This document shows positions 30,068 through 39,669 of a stretch of 59,007 bases of DNA, in pieces. Both the position numbers and the translations under genes were made by a program. Each line of letters opens with the position of its first letter. Position 1 is the stretch's first letter. The stretch spans positions 1-59,007 of the forward strand of contig CALPWK020000001.1 in NCBI GenBank assembly GCA_943327245.2, read 5' to 3'. A model generated the notes under the pieces. It had not been told where the DNA came from and ran no database searches. It worked only from the letters and a program-made list of their open reading frames with translations. This DNA comes from Comamonas sp. lk (GTDB lineage: Bacteria > Bacteroidota > Bacteroidia > Chitinophagales > Chitinophagaceae).

Positions 30068-30088
30068 GTACTATGTATCACCAAGTAC
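30068..30088. promoter_or_regulatory. Probable PadR operator overlapping the padR promoter
   Basis: GTACT-N11-AGTAC inverted repeat just upstream of -7 element TAGCTTTG (30055-30048, minus strand). Confidence 0.6.
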
Positions 30089-30114
30089 TAGATAATTTCA
30101 TAGATTTGAAATAA

Positions 30115-30153
30115 AAATTCCTAAACTATTGATTTATAATAATTTAGGAATTT
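30115..30153 (-). terminator. Probable terminator after the M16 peptidase pair
   Basis: AAATTCCTAAA...TTTAGGAATTT 11-bp arms with a T-rich tail on the minus strand; AT-rich, so weak. Confidence 0.45.
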
Positions 30154-30194
30154 AAAAAAATTACGAAAGCTATATGGGAAGGATGAATGGCAGT

Positions 30195-31478
30195 TTAAAA
30201 CACGACTAATTCATAAAAATCTTCTTCTTTCAAGTACTTATTTGCTAAGTCTTTTAACTGCTCAGGTTGTATGCTTCTTACTGTTTGAATGGTATTATAA
30301 AAATATTCCTCTGTCAAACCATTTAAAATATAGGTTTTCCAACGGCCAATAATTTGGAAAGGCCCGTCTAAATCTCCCAAAAGGGATCCAAGCATATAAT
30401 TTTTAACTAAATGCAATTCTTCTTTGTCCACCAATTCATTTCTTAAAATGGCCATCTCTTTATACACTTCGTCAATCGTAGCTCTACAAACATCTTTGCC
30501 TGCATCCGTACTAATTAACCATGCACAGGCTTGAACATGATTTTGCAAATAACTATGAATGCCGTAAGTATACCCTTTGTCCTCTCTGATATTACTCATT
30601 AAACGAGAACCAAAAAATCCACCAAAGATATTATTCAAAACTTGTGTTGGCGCAAAATCTGGATGATGCCTATTGGGAAAATGTCTTGCTATACGAATAG
30701 ACCCTTGAACGGATGCAGCGTCGTTTACAATACTATATTTTTTTTCGGACGCTGAAATAATGGGATGTGTAATTTCCGTGATCTCCTTTTTATTTAAGGG
30801 CAATGCTCCAATATGCTTATTCAGTAAGGCTTGCATATTACTAGGAAATTTTCCAGCCATGAAAATAATACACTTTCCTTCTTTGTAATAAGTATTATAA
30901 AAATCAACTAGATCTTCACGTGTTAATTTATTAAAATCTATTTCGGTTGAATATTTACCATAAGGATGTTCAATGCCAAATAAATATTCATCAATTAAAC
31001 GATTCGCAATAAAATCACCTTTCTTTAGATTCAGCGTTAATCTTTGAATTTGATTTTTCTTATAAATCTCTAACTCTTTTTCAGGAAAGCTAGCATCGGC
31101 AACCAATTCACTTACATTTTCTATTACGTCTTTAAAATGTTTAGTTAAACAATGTAAACTAATAGTTGAAGTTTCATTGTAACAGGTTCTATTTAAATAA
31201 GCTCCATAAAATTCAAAAGCATCATTTATTTCAAAAGCTGACTTTGTGCTAGTTCCATTTTTCAATAAAAAATTGGTGGCGGCGGCTACCCAATTCTTTT
31301 TTTCATAACTATTACCTGCAAAAAAGACCATTTCCATCATCATCACCTCTTCAGCGCCACCCTCATAACCATATACTTCTACCCCATTATCTAAAACGAA
31401 TTTTTGATAAGGTTTTAATTGAATGTCAAAATCTATAGCGTCTTTGATGAAGGGTGCCGTATTTCTATCTAATACCAT
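30195..31478 (-). CDS. M16B peptidase non-catalytic partner subunit
   Basis: M16 fold, no HxxEH; SRLMSNIREDKGYTYG R/Y motif. Confidence 0.85.
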   Translation of the reverse strand: MVLDRNTAPFIKDAIDFDIQLKPYQKFVLDNGVEVYGYEGGAEEVMMMEMVFFAGNSYEKKNWVAAATNFLLKNGTSTKSAFEINDAFEFYGAYLNRTCYNETSTISLHCLTKHFKDVIENVSELVADASFPEKELEIYKKNQIQRLTLNLKKGDFIANRLIDEYLFGIEHPYGKYSTEIDFNKLTREDLVDFYNTYYKEGKCIIFMAGKFPSNMQALLNKHIGALPLNKKEITEITHPIISASEKKYSIVNDAASVQGSIRIARHFPNRHHPDFAPTQVLNNIFGGFFGSRLMSNIREDKGYTYGIHSYLQNHVQACAWLISTDAGKDVCRATIDEVYKEMAILRNELVDKEELHLVKNYMLGSLLGDLDGPFQIIGRWKTYILNGLTEEYFYNTIQTVRSIQPEQLKDLANKYLKEEDFYELVVF

Positions 31479-31481
31479 AAT

Positions 31482-32720
31482 TTATGATTTGCTATAATAG
31501 TATAAAGTGTTTCTATTATTGTCTTGAAAAATTTCACCTGCGGTAGATTGAATTAATTCAGGTGTAACCGCTTGGTATTTTGCTAATTCAGTATTCATTA
31601 ATTCTCCATCCCCTAATAACTCATAGAATGCTAAACTATGTGCACGATTCATAATACTCATGTCTTCAAAACAAATAATACTCTCTGTTTTGTTAATCAC
31701 TTTTAGTACCTCTTTCACGTCCAATAATGTATTTTTTATGAGTTCAACTTCATCTAACACAGCTTTCTCAGCAACAGACATGCTCACCCCCTTCACTAAT
31801 TTTCCTTCAATTACTAATAGTCCAGGGTCCACCGTCCCAAAATGGAAACACTCAATGGAAGAAAATATTTGTTTTACTTTAATTAACTGCTCATACAATC
31901 TTGAACTTGCACCGCCTCCTAAAACCTCCGTCAATAAATCGGTTGCATGATATCCTGCATCAAATCGTCCACCCATATGCCAGGTCATCATTAACATATC
32001 CATAGGAACGTCAGCACGCACATCCAATGTTCTACTTTTATCCTGCTTAGGCTCTACCGGCAAATTGCGTACATATGGCGCTCCTGCAGGAATAGGGCCA
32101 AACCATTTTTCTGATAATATTTTTACTTGTGCTAATGTTACATTCCCTGTAACCACTAAAATCGCATTATTGGGTCTGTAAAATTTGAAGAAAAAATCCT
32201 TAACGTCTTGCATAGTCGCCTGCTCCACATGATCTAAAGAAGCTCCTATGGTCATCCACTTATAAGGATGGGTAGTATAGGCTAATGTGCGCATCTTATG
32301 CCAAGCATCACCATAAGGCTTATTAATATAATGTTCCTTAAATTCTTCACATACCACTTTACGTTGTACTTCTAAACTTTTTTCACTAAATGCCAAAGAC
32401 AACATCCTGTCACTCTCTAACCAAAAGGCAGTCTCTAAATTTTCCGCTGGTAATTGACAATAGTAATTGGTTAAATCGTTCGTGGTATACGCATTATTCT
32501 CCCCGCCGGCTCTTTGTAAAGGCTCATCGTATTCTGGGATATTTATACTTCCCCCAAACATTAAATGTTCAAATAAATGAGCGAACCCCGTTTTGTTTGG
32601 GCTTTCATCCTTTGCACCCACATTATATAAAACATTTACTACTGCCATAGGCGTACTTGTATCTGGATGTACCAGTACCTTCAAGCCGTTTGCTAATTGG
32701 AATCTTTCAAATTGTATCAT
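31482..32720 (-). CDS. M16B zinc peptidase catalytic subunit
   Basis: GFAHLFEHLMF, NAYT, ESDRM; start re-called at ATG 32720. Confidence 0.92.
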   Translation of the reverse strand: MIQFERFQLANGLKVLVHPDTSTPMAVVNVLYNVGAKDESPNKTGFAHLFEHLMFGGSINIPEYDEPLQRAGGENNAYTTNDLTNYYCQLPAENLETAFWLESDRMLSLAFSEKSLEVQRKVVCEEFKEHYINKPYGDAWHKMRTLAYTTHPYKWMTIGASLDHVEQATMQDVKDFFFKFYRPNNAILVVTGNVTLAQVKILSEKWFGPIPAGAPYVRNLPVEPKQDKSRTLDVRADVPMDMLMMTWHMGGRFDAGYHATDLLTEVLGGGASSRLYEQLIKVKQIFSSIECFHFGTVDPGLLVIEGKLVKGVSMSVAEKAVLDEVELIKNTLLDVKEVLKVINKTESIICFEDMSIMNRAHSLAFYELLGDGELMNTELAKYQAVTPELIQSTAGEIFQDNNRNTLYYYSKS

Positions 32721-32790
32721 AGAAGGTTCAAAATTAGTCAAATCATTGTATACTAGATATATTAACTTTGTGCTTCTTAAATACCATGTT

Positions 32791-33915
32791 ATGCAATTAG
32801 ACGAATTATATAAAAAAGCACTGAATTTTGAGTACTTAACAAAAGAAGAAGGTATGTTTTTATTTGAAAACGCACCTTTGGCTGAATTAAGTTATGTAGC
32901 AGACGAACTTAGAAAAATACAAGTGCCACATGGTAAGGTAACTTGGCAGATTGATAGAAATTTAAACACGACAAATGTTTGTATTGCTAACTGTAAGTTT
33001 TGTAATTTTTATAGAATCCCAGGACATGCCGAAGCTTATATTACCGAAATGGATACCTATAGAGTAAAAATTAAGGAAACTATTGCATGGGGAGGAGATC
33101 AGTTATTATTACAAGGTGGGCACCATCCTGAATTAGGATTAGATTTTTATACGAACTTATTTAGACAAATAAAATCAGAATTTCCTGATATTAAATTGCA
33201 CACACTAGGGCCCCCAGAAATTGCACATATTGCAAAACTAGGTGGCTATACACATACTGAAGTATTAAAAGCATTACAAGAAGCGGGAATGGATTCCTTG
33301 CCAGGTGCAGGCGCAGAGATACTAGTAGACCGTGTAAGACGTTTGGTATCCAACGGAAAATGTGGTGCTGACGAATGGTTAGACGTAATGGCTGCAGCAC
33401 ATCAATTAAATATTACAACAAGTGCTACCATGATGTTTGGTCATGTTGAGACTTTAGAAGAACGATTTATTCACTTAATTAGAATACGTGAAGTGCAGGA
33501 TAAAAAACCTGAAGGTGCAAAAGGTTTCTTGGCCTTTATTCCATGGACTTTCCAAGGTGTTGATACTTTATTATCAAAATTGAGAGGTATTCAAACTTTA
33601 ACGTCTACCGAGGAATATATTAGAATGATAGCTATTAGCCGTATCATGTTGCCAAATATTAAAAATATTCAAGCCAGTTGGTTAACAGTAGGCAAGGCAA
33701 CTGCTCAAGTTTGTTTACAAGCGGGTGCTAATGACTTTGGTAGTATTATGTTGGAGGAAAACGTGGTAAGTGCAGCTGGTGCTCCTCATCGTTTCACCTA
33801 TAAATCAATTCAAGAAGCCATCATAGAAGGTGGATTTGAACCACAATTGAGAAACCAACAATACGAGTGGAGAGTACTTCCTGAGCATATCGAGGAGCAA
33901 ATTATCAATTATTAG
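32791..33915 (+). CDS. mqnC: Cyclic dehypoxanthinyl futalosine synthase (radical SAM, futalosine menaquinone pathway)
   Basis: CIANCKFC, LLQGGHHP, PGAGAEIL, ATMMFGH, NIQASW, EENVVSAAG; start re-called at ATG 32791 after TAACTTTG 32763-32770. Confidence 0.9.
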   Translation: MQLDELYKKALNFEYLTKEEGMFLFENAPLAELSYVADELRKIQVPHGKVTWQIDRNLNTTNVCIANCKFCNFYRIPGHAEAYITEMDTYRVKIKETIAWGGDQLLLQGGHHPELGLDFYTNLFRQIKSEFPDIKLHTLGPPEIAHIAKLGGYTHTEVLKALQEAGMDSLPGAGAEILVDRVRRLVSNGKCGADEWLDVMAAAHQLNITTSATMMFGHVETLEERFIHLIRIREVQDKKPEGAKGFLAFIPWTFQGVDTLLSKLRGIQTLTSTEEYIRMIAISRIMLPNIKNIQASWLTVGKATAQVCLQAGANDFGSIMLEENVVSAAGAPHRFTYKSIQEAIIEGGFEPQLRNQQYEWRVLPEHIEEQIINY

Positions 33916-33923
33916 AGTAAGAC

Positions 33924-33950
33924 TGTAACATTTAGATTCCTACTGCGTTA
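33924..33950 (+). promoter_or_regulatory. ECF sigma-type (autoregulatory) promoter
   Basis: TGTAAC-N16-CGTTA directly upstream of the ECF sigma gene. Confidence 0.7.
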
Positions 33951-33977
33951 TATGTACAAATAGCCAATTTAAAAGGA

Positions 33978-34469
33978 ATGACTGATAAAGAATATAATAT
34001 TGCAGTAGACTTATACGCCGACGGCGTGTATCGTTTTATTGTAAAAAATATCAGGCATCAAGAAGACGCTAGAGATATCGTCCAAACAGCTTTTGAGAAA
34101 CTATGGGTAAACCGAACTATTGTAGATTCACTAAAAATTAAGTCCTATTTATTTACCGTTGCGTATCATCAAATGATTGATCATATCAGACAAGGAGCTA
34201 AGATGATCACTACCGAAGATTTTGAAACAGTCAATAATCATAGTACTTATCAAAAAGATGGTGAACTAAAGCAATTATTATTGCAAGCAATTAACGAACT
34301 CAACCCTACCCAGAAAAGTTTAGTACTATTAAAAGACTATGAAGGCTATAGCTATCAAGAAATTGGAGAAATTATGAGTTTGTCTGAAAGTCAAGTAAAA
34401 GTATATTTACACAGGGCTAGATTACAATTAAAGCATAAATTAGTACACCTTGATAAAGTAAGTGCTTAA
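33978..34469 (+). CDS. ECF RNA polymerase sigma factor
   Basis: DARDIVQTAF, KSYLFTVA, EGYSYQEIGEIM, VKVYLHRAR. Confidence 0.95.
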   Translation: MTDKEYNIAVDLYADGVYRFIVKNIRHQEDARDIVQTAFEKLWVNRTIVDSLKIKSYLFTVAYHQMIDHIRQGAKMITTEDFETVNNHSTYQKDGELKQLLLQAINELNPTQKSLVLLKDYEGYSYQEIGEIMSLSESQVKVYLHRARLQLKHKLVHLDKVSA

Positions 34470-35360
34470 ATGGAACTGAACGAAAAAACATATGAAACCT
34501 ATTTATTGTCTTATATCGACAATGAGCTGAGTCACTCAGAAAGACTCATGGTGGAACGTTTTGTAAAGTCCGAACCAAAATATACAGCAGCATTAAAAGA
34601 TTTACAAAATGCAATACTACAACCCGAAACTATTGTATTTGAAGATAAAGCACTTTTATATAGATTAGAAGAAATGAATGCTTCGTTAGACCTTGATTTT
34701 AAGAAAAGTTTATACAGAACCGAAACTGCTACTCCGACAACTCCAGTGATATCTTTATGGAATCGAAATGTCCTACGTTACAGCGCTATTGCCGCATTAT
34801 TTGTCTTGACCATTGGTACTGCTATAATGTTAACTTCAAATAAGGACAAAGCAATTGTCCTATCTGCAAATAATTCTATTCCTGAAGCAAAAAAATTAAT
34901 TGGAAATATAAATGATGGTATTGTTTCACCGACACAGGCATTGAATTCAAATCAACCAAGTCAAGTGCTTGCTGCAAATACTAAAAGTTCAGTTCAGCTT
35001 GTTGGAAAATCCAAAACGGAACCATTCCAGCCTATTTCTATTGGGGTTGAGCATACTATAATTGCGAGCAGTTCAAATACACTGTTTGACAATAAGAATA
35101 CCCTAGACAATAATACCACACAAGTAGTTGAAGCTATAGAAGCGGTGGCAAGTATAGAAAAAGTGCAAATAAACAAGGATGTAGACTTTTCACCAGTAAT
35201 TCAAAATACATACCAAGCAGAAAGCTTTGAAGAAATAAATACAAGCGAGCCAGACCGCGTAATTTATATAAGTAGTATTGAAATTGATAGTGATAAAATT
35301 AGAGGTTTTACTAGAAGAATAAACGCATTATTTAAAAGAAATAAATCAGACAAACAATAA
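34470..35360 (+). CDS. Anti-sigma factor (N-terminal ASD, one TM helix, periplasmic low-complexity region)
   Basis: YETYLLSYIDNELS N-terminus, TM YSAIAALFVLTIG; starts immediately after the sigma stop. Confidence 0.75.
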   Translation: MELNEKTYETYLLSYIDNELSHSERLMVERFVKSEPKYTAALKDLQNAILQPETIVFEDKALLYRLEEMNASLDLDFKKSLYRTETATPTTPVISLWNRNVLRYSAIAALFVLTIGTAIMLTSNKDKAIVLSANNSIPEAKKLIGNINDGIVSPTQALNSNQPSQVLAANTKSSVQLVGKSKTEPFQPISIGVEHTIIASSSNTLFDNKNTLDNNTTQVVEAIEAVASIEKVQINKDVDFSPVIQNTYQAESFEEINTSEPDRVIYISSIEIDSDKIRGFTRRINALFKRNKSDKQ

Positions 35361-35370
35361 TATAAGCATT

Positions 35371-36237
35371 ATGAAAAAAATTATCTTACCCCTATTTAGC
35401 ATTTTAATTGCTTTTGGAGCAAATGCACAAAAAGATACTTTGATATCCGTGAATCAGGATACGATTAAAATTGGAAGTCTATTAATTATTAAGGCACAGA
35501 ATCCTACTGAGAAAAAAGACTGGCAGTCTATGATTGAAAGAGGTGATTTTAAAAACACACAAATTAAAATTGAGCGTATAAAAGGATTTAAAAAATCGAA
35601 GACAACAAAATGGTTTGTAATGGACTTGGGGTTCACAAATTATTATGACGCTACTAATTATAAATATGATCCTTCTTTTGTAAGACCTTCCACTGGAACA
35701 GCATTGAGTAATAAAAGCTTTAGATTAAATAATGCAAGGTCTAGTAATTTTAATTTATGGATTGTACAACAAAAGATGAAATTAAAGCATCCTGACTTTA
35801 ATTTAAAATATGGCATAGGATTACAAATGTATAATTTTAGATTCGAGCAGCCTATTAGCTATAGAAACGAGGGAGCTAGTTTTATATATTTAGATAATAA
35901 AACATTCAAAAAAGACAAATTGTTTGTTAACTATTTGACCATCCCTGTACAGTTAAACTACCATCCAAAGTCGGACAATAAAAGAGGCTTAAACGCTAGT
36001 GCTGGATTGAGTTTTGGTTATTTATTAAATTCTCGTAACAAGCAAATTAGTGGCACTAAAGAAAAGTACAATGGCAATTTTAATTTGAATGATTTTCAAG
36101 TTGCAGGAATTGGAGAAGTAGGTATTGGTTCTATCAAACTATACGCTTCTGCTAGTGTAACTAATTTATATGACAGTAAATTATCAAAACAATTTAATTA
36201 CCCATTCTCTATTGGATTAAGATTTAGTAATTTCTAA
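35371..36237 (+). CDS. Outer-membrane beta-barrel protein (PorT-like family), copy 1
   Basis: Signal peptide, YLTIPV, alternating beta-strands, C-terminal Phe. Confidence 0.75.
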   Translation: MKKIILPLFSILIAFGANAQKDTLISVNQDTIKIGSLLIIKAQNPTEKKDWQSMIERGDFKNTQIKIERIKGFKKSKTTKWFVMDLGFTNYYDATNYKYDPSFVRPSTGTALSNKSFRLNNARSSNFNLWIVQQKMKLKHPDFNLKYGIGLQMYNFRFEQPISYRNEGASFIYLDNKTFKKDKLFVNYLTIPVQLNYHPKSDNKRGLNASAGLSFGYLLNSRNKQISGTKEKYNGNFNLNDFQVAGIGEVGIGSIKLYASASVTNLYDSKLSKQFNYPFSIGLRFSNF

Positions 36238-36247
36238 TAATAGCATT

Positions 36248-37108
36248 ATGAAGCAAACAGTTTTATTTATAATCGGATGGGGACTTGCATTAAATGCCAT
36301 AGCACAAAATGATACAGTGAGGATTGGTAAAATGGTTATTGTCAAATCAAATATTGAAAAATCCAGCGACTCTAGCAAAGTAAATAAGGAGGATCGTATT
36401 GCCATTGGAAGTCCAATTCAAATAAACTTTGAGCGTAATAAGAAAATCAAACAGCTATCCAATGTTGCAACTAGTTATTTTGAATGGGATTTAGGATTTG
36501 CCAATTATCAAAATGAAACTCCAGAAAGAGTTTACACTGCTTATACACCTAATATAGCAGCTGGTATTCCAACCCCGGATCAATTGAAATTAAATAATTT
36601 AAAATCAAGCAATGTAAATGTTTGGGTTATAAAGCAGCATGTAAATATTTATAAACATTACGTGAATTTAAAATATGCAATTGGTTTAGAAATGTATAAT
36701 TTAAGATTTGAGCAACCCATAAGTTTCAGAAACGACTTACCTGCTAAAATCAAAATGGACGATATTAATTTTTCTAAAAATAAATTATTCGTAAAATATT
36801 TAACCGTACCCCTTCAAATTGATTTTAAAGCTAACCCGAATTACAGGCGTGGCTTAAATGCGAGTATAGGAATGAGTGCAGGTTATTTGCTTAAAGCACG
36901 AAACAAACAGATAAGCGAGGAAAGAGGAAAGCAAAAATACAATGGCACATTCAACCTTAACAACTGGCGCATAGCTAGCATTGGCGAAATTGGCATAGGC
37001 TCATTCCACTTGTACGGTAGTTATAGTCACACCAATTTGTTTGACAAGAATTTGAGCGACTATACATTTTTCCCCTATGCCTTAGGCGTTAGGTTCTCCA
37101 AGTTTTAA
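36248..37108 (+). CDS. Outer-membrane beta-barrel protein (PorT-like family), copy 2
   Basis: Paralog of the previous gene (RFEQPIS.RN, KLFV.YLT.P, RNKQIS, KYNG.FNLN); C-terminal Phe. Confidence 0.75.
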   Translation: MKQTVLFIIGWGLALNAIAQNDTVRIGKMVIVKSNIEKSSDSSKVNKEDRIAIGSPIQINFERNKKIKQLSNVATSYFEWDLGFANYQNETPERVYTAYTPNIAAGIPTPDQLKLNNLKSSNVNVWVIKQHVNIYKHYVNLKYAIGLEMYNLRFEQPISFRNDLPAKIKMDDINFSKNKLFVKYLTVPLQIDFKANPNYRRGLNASIGMSAGYLLKARNKQISEERGKQKYNGTFNLNNWRIASIGEIGIGSFHLYGSYSHTNLFDKNLSDYTFFPYALGVRFSKF

Positions 37109-37162
37109 ACTAGCGTACCAGATTTTAAACTAGCGTATAATATTTTAAACTAGCTTATCAGA
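37103..37162. repeat. 3 x 20-bp imperfect tandem repeat (TTTTAAACTAGC core) spanning two convergent stop codons
   Basis: ttttaaactagcgtaccaga / ttttaaactagcgtataata / ttttaaactagcttatcaga. Confidence 0.9.
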
Positions 37163-38416
37163 CCCAAAATAGCTTTGTAATACTTTAGGAATTGCAATCC
37201 CAGTTGCTGTTTGATAATTCTCTACAATTGCCGCATAAATTCTTGGCAAAGCTAAAGAGCTTCCATTTAATGAATGGGCAAACTGGGTTTTACCTTCTGC
37301 ATCCTTAAACCTACACTTCATTCTATAGGTTTGGTATGCTTGGAAATTAGATACACTACTCACTTCCAACCATTTTTCTTGGGCGGCACTATATACTTCA
37401 AAGTCATAAGTTATAGCAGAGGCAAAACCCATGTCACCACCACATAATCTTAATATTCTATAAGGTAAGCCCAAGCTAATTAATAAATTTTCAACATGTG
37501 CTACCATTTCATTTAATACTTCGTCGCTCTTATCTGGATGTACAATTTGAATAATTTCTACCTTTTCAAATTGATGTACTCTATTTAATCCTCTAACTTC
37601 TTTTCCAAAACTTCCAGCCTCTCTTCTAAAACAAGGAGAATAGGCAGTCATTTGAATTGGTAGGTCCGCCTCTTTTAATATGGTATCGCGAAACACATTG
37701 GTAACAGGCACTTCAGCAGTTGGTATTAAATAAAAATCGTCTTCGGTAGCATGATACATTTGTCCTTCTTTGTCTGGCAATTGACCAGTTGCAAATGCAG
37801 AAGCTGCATTCACCATAAATGGAGGTAAATACTCGGTATAGCCAGCTGCAGTATTAAAGTCTAAAAAATACTGGACCAAGGTTCTTTGAAATTTTGCACC
37901 CTTGCCAATATATAAAGGGAATCCGCTTCCAGTTATTTTTGCGCCAGTTTCAAAGTCGACTAAATTATATTGTTTAATTAAATCCCAATGCGGTTTTGCA
38001 CCTTCATGTAAAGTTGGGATTGCTCCTGCTACTTTAACAACTTCATTCTCCTCAGGTGTTTTACCAATTGGGACAAGTTCATGTGGTAGATTAGGAAATT
38101 GCACAATGGTTTTTTGCAATAATGTTTCCACAGCTCCCATTTTTATTTTCAAGGGCTCTAATGCTGTTTTCCAATCTGAAACTGAATTTTTCAATGCTTC
38201 CGCCTGGTCTTTCTCCCCTTTTGCCATTAAACCGCCAATTTCCTTAGACGCAGCATTTACTTTAGACTGAATATCATCAAAACCAGCTTGTAATAGCTTT
38301 CTTTCATCGTCCATAGCAATAACAGTATCTACTAAATCAAGATTAGCAAAATGTTTGATAGCTAACTTCTTTTTAGCCAATTCGGCGTTTTGACGCAAAT
38401 AACTTACCTGTAACAT
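37145..38416 (-). CDS. serS: Serine--tRNA ligase
   Basis: LIPTAEVP, FRREAGS, RVHQFEKVE, EVSSVSN, LNGS; start re-called at ATG 38416. Confidence 0.98.
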   Translation of the reverse strand: MLQVSYLRQNAELAKKKLAIKHFANLDLVDTVIAMDDERKLLQAGFDDIQSKVNAASKEIGGLMAKGEKDQAEALKNSVSDWKTALEPLKIKMGAVETLLQKTIVQFPNLPHELVPIGKTPEENEVVKVAGAIPTLHEGAKPHWDLIKQYNLVDFETGAKITGSGFPLYIGKGAKFQRTLVQYFLDFNTAAGYTEYLPPFMVNAASAFATGQLPDKEGQMYHATEDDFYLIPTAEVPVTNVFRDTILKEADLPIQMTAYSPCFRREAGSFGKEVRGLNRVHQFEKVEIIQIVHPDKSDEVLNEMVAHVENLLISLGLPYRILRLCGGDMGFASAITYDFEVYSAAQEKWLEVSSVSNFQAYQTYRMKCRFKDAEGKTQFAHSLNGSSLALPRIYAAIVENYQTATGIAIPKVLQSYFGSDKLV

Positions 38417-38504
38417 GTCAAATAATTTTGGCAAAGATAATCAAACAGACGGTGAACGCATCGATATCCCCTACCTTTGCTAGATAAAATGAAAAACAGT
38501 GATT

Positions 38505-38852
38505 ATGGCATTGGTAGCAGACGATTTTCAGAGCAGATGGTGGAATTTGGAGAAAAAGCTAATGGACCGATTTGGTAAGAAACCAGACGTAGAAGCCATT
38601 TTGTTTTTAATAGGCCTTCAAGAAACTGGGCTATCCCAGGAAAAAATTAGCAAGGAGCAGAAGCAGGATCTAATGCATGTTGCTATATGTACTATATTGA
38701 CTTCTAGTGGCTATTATTTGGTAGAAGGCAAGGATCAAGAGGGCTGGCCCCATTTTAAACAGCTCCAAAATTTGCCCGTAATGAATATGATAGAACAGGA
38801 AGCTTTTTTAAAGGACCACATTTTATTGTATTTTGACAATAATCAGTTCTAG
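38505..38852 (+). CDS. Conserved Bacteroidota hypothetical protein
   Basis: ILFLIGLQE, KQDLMHVAIC, GWPHF motifs; promoter element TACCTTTG 38472-38479. Confidence 0.75.
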   Translation: MALVADDFQSRWWNLEKKLMDRFGKKPDVEAILFLIGLQETGLSQEKISKEQKQDLMHVAICTILTSSGYYLVEGKDQEGWPHFKQLQNLPVMNMIEQEAFLKDHILLYFDNNQF

Positions 38853-38907
38853 CAGATTGGTTTTTTAGTGTTTTTTATGAATCTTTGCAACAATTAAAAA
38901 TTTACAT

Positions 38908-39285
38908 ATGCAATTCCCAGCAGACTTACGTTACACAAAGGATCACGAATGGATTAAAGTAGAAGGTAATACTGCTACTATTGGTATTACAGATTTCGCT
39001 CAAAGTGAATTAGGTGATATTGTATATGTTGACATTAATTCAGTAGGATCAAGCTTAGCTGCAGAAGCAGTATTCGGAACAGTGGAAGCAGTAAAAACTG
39101 TAAGTGATTTGTTTTTGCCAATAGCAGGAACCGTTGCAGAAGTTAACCCAGCTTTAGCAGGACAACCAGAATTAGTTAATACAGACCCTTATGGTGCAGG
39201 CTGGATGGTTAAAGTGACTGTCAGCAATGTTGCCGACGTAGATGCTTTATTGTCAAGTGAAGACTACGCAAAGTTGGTACACTAA
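38908..39285 (+). CDS. gcvH: Glycine cleavage system H protein
   Basis: YTKDHEW, GITDFAQ, EAVKTVS lipoyl-Lys, DPYGAGW. Confidence 0.97.
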   Translation: MQFPADLRYTKDHEWIKVEGNTATIGITDFAQSELGDIVYVDINSVGSSLAAEAVFGTVEAVKTVSDLFLPIAGTVAEVNPALAGQPELVNTDPYGAGWMVKVTVSNVADVDALLSSEDYAKLVH

Positions 39286-39297
39286 TTTAGTTTATCC

Positions 39298-39669
39298 ATG
39301 AAAAGAAAACTTTGGGTAATTGCCGAAATAAGCATTGTCTTTTTTTTATTGAGTCTACCGGGAAGTCAATTTCCAAAACAAGAAAGTAGTTTTCCTATTG
39401 ATAAAATTGTGCATGTTATTTTATTCGGTTCCCTTGTTTTTTCTTTTTTGTTTTACTACGAAAAATCGTCCATCGCTTTCTTTAAAACCACTAGAGCTAA
39501 GGCATACACCATATTGCTATGTATTTTGTATGGAATAGGTATGGAATTTTACCAAAAGTATTATGTGCCATCACGTGGGTTTGAAACAGCAGACATGCTA
39601 GCAGATGCTATTGGAGCTTTAATAGCGTTACCCTTATTTGAATGGTTAAAAAAACTAAAAAATAAATAA
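39298..39669 (+). CDS. VanZ family membrane protein
   Basis: DKIVH, E..Q..VPSR..E..D..AD..G. Confidence 0.88.
   Translation: MKRKLWVIAEISIVFFLLSLPGSQFPKQESSFPIDKIVHVILFGSLVFSFLFYYEKSSIAFFKTTRAKAYTILLCILYGIGMEFYQKYYVPSRGFETADMLADAIGALIALPLFEWLKKLKNK

Noticed and set aside
30195-31478. M16 gene lacking HxxEH as a pseudogene
   Set aside because: Normal non-catalytic subunit of heterodimeric M16B peptidases; intact and coupled to the active subunit
32593-32790. Overlap of mqnC and M16 N-termini on opposite strands
   Set aside because: Artefact of longest-ORF calling; the real starts are 32791 and 32720, each with its own -7 element
37103-37162. Mini CRISPR array
   Set aside because: Period is only 20 bp, there are no spacer-length unique segments, no cas genes are present, and the repeats overlap coding ends
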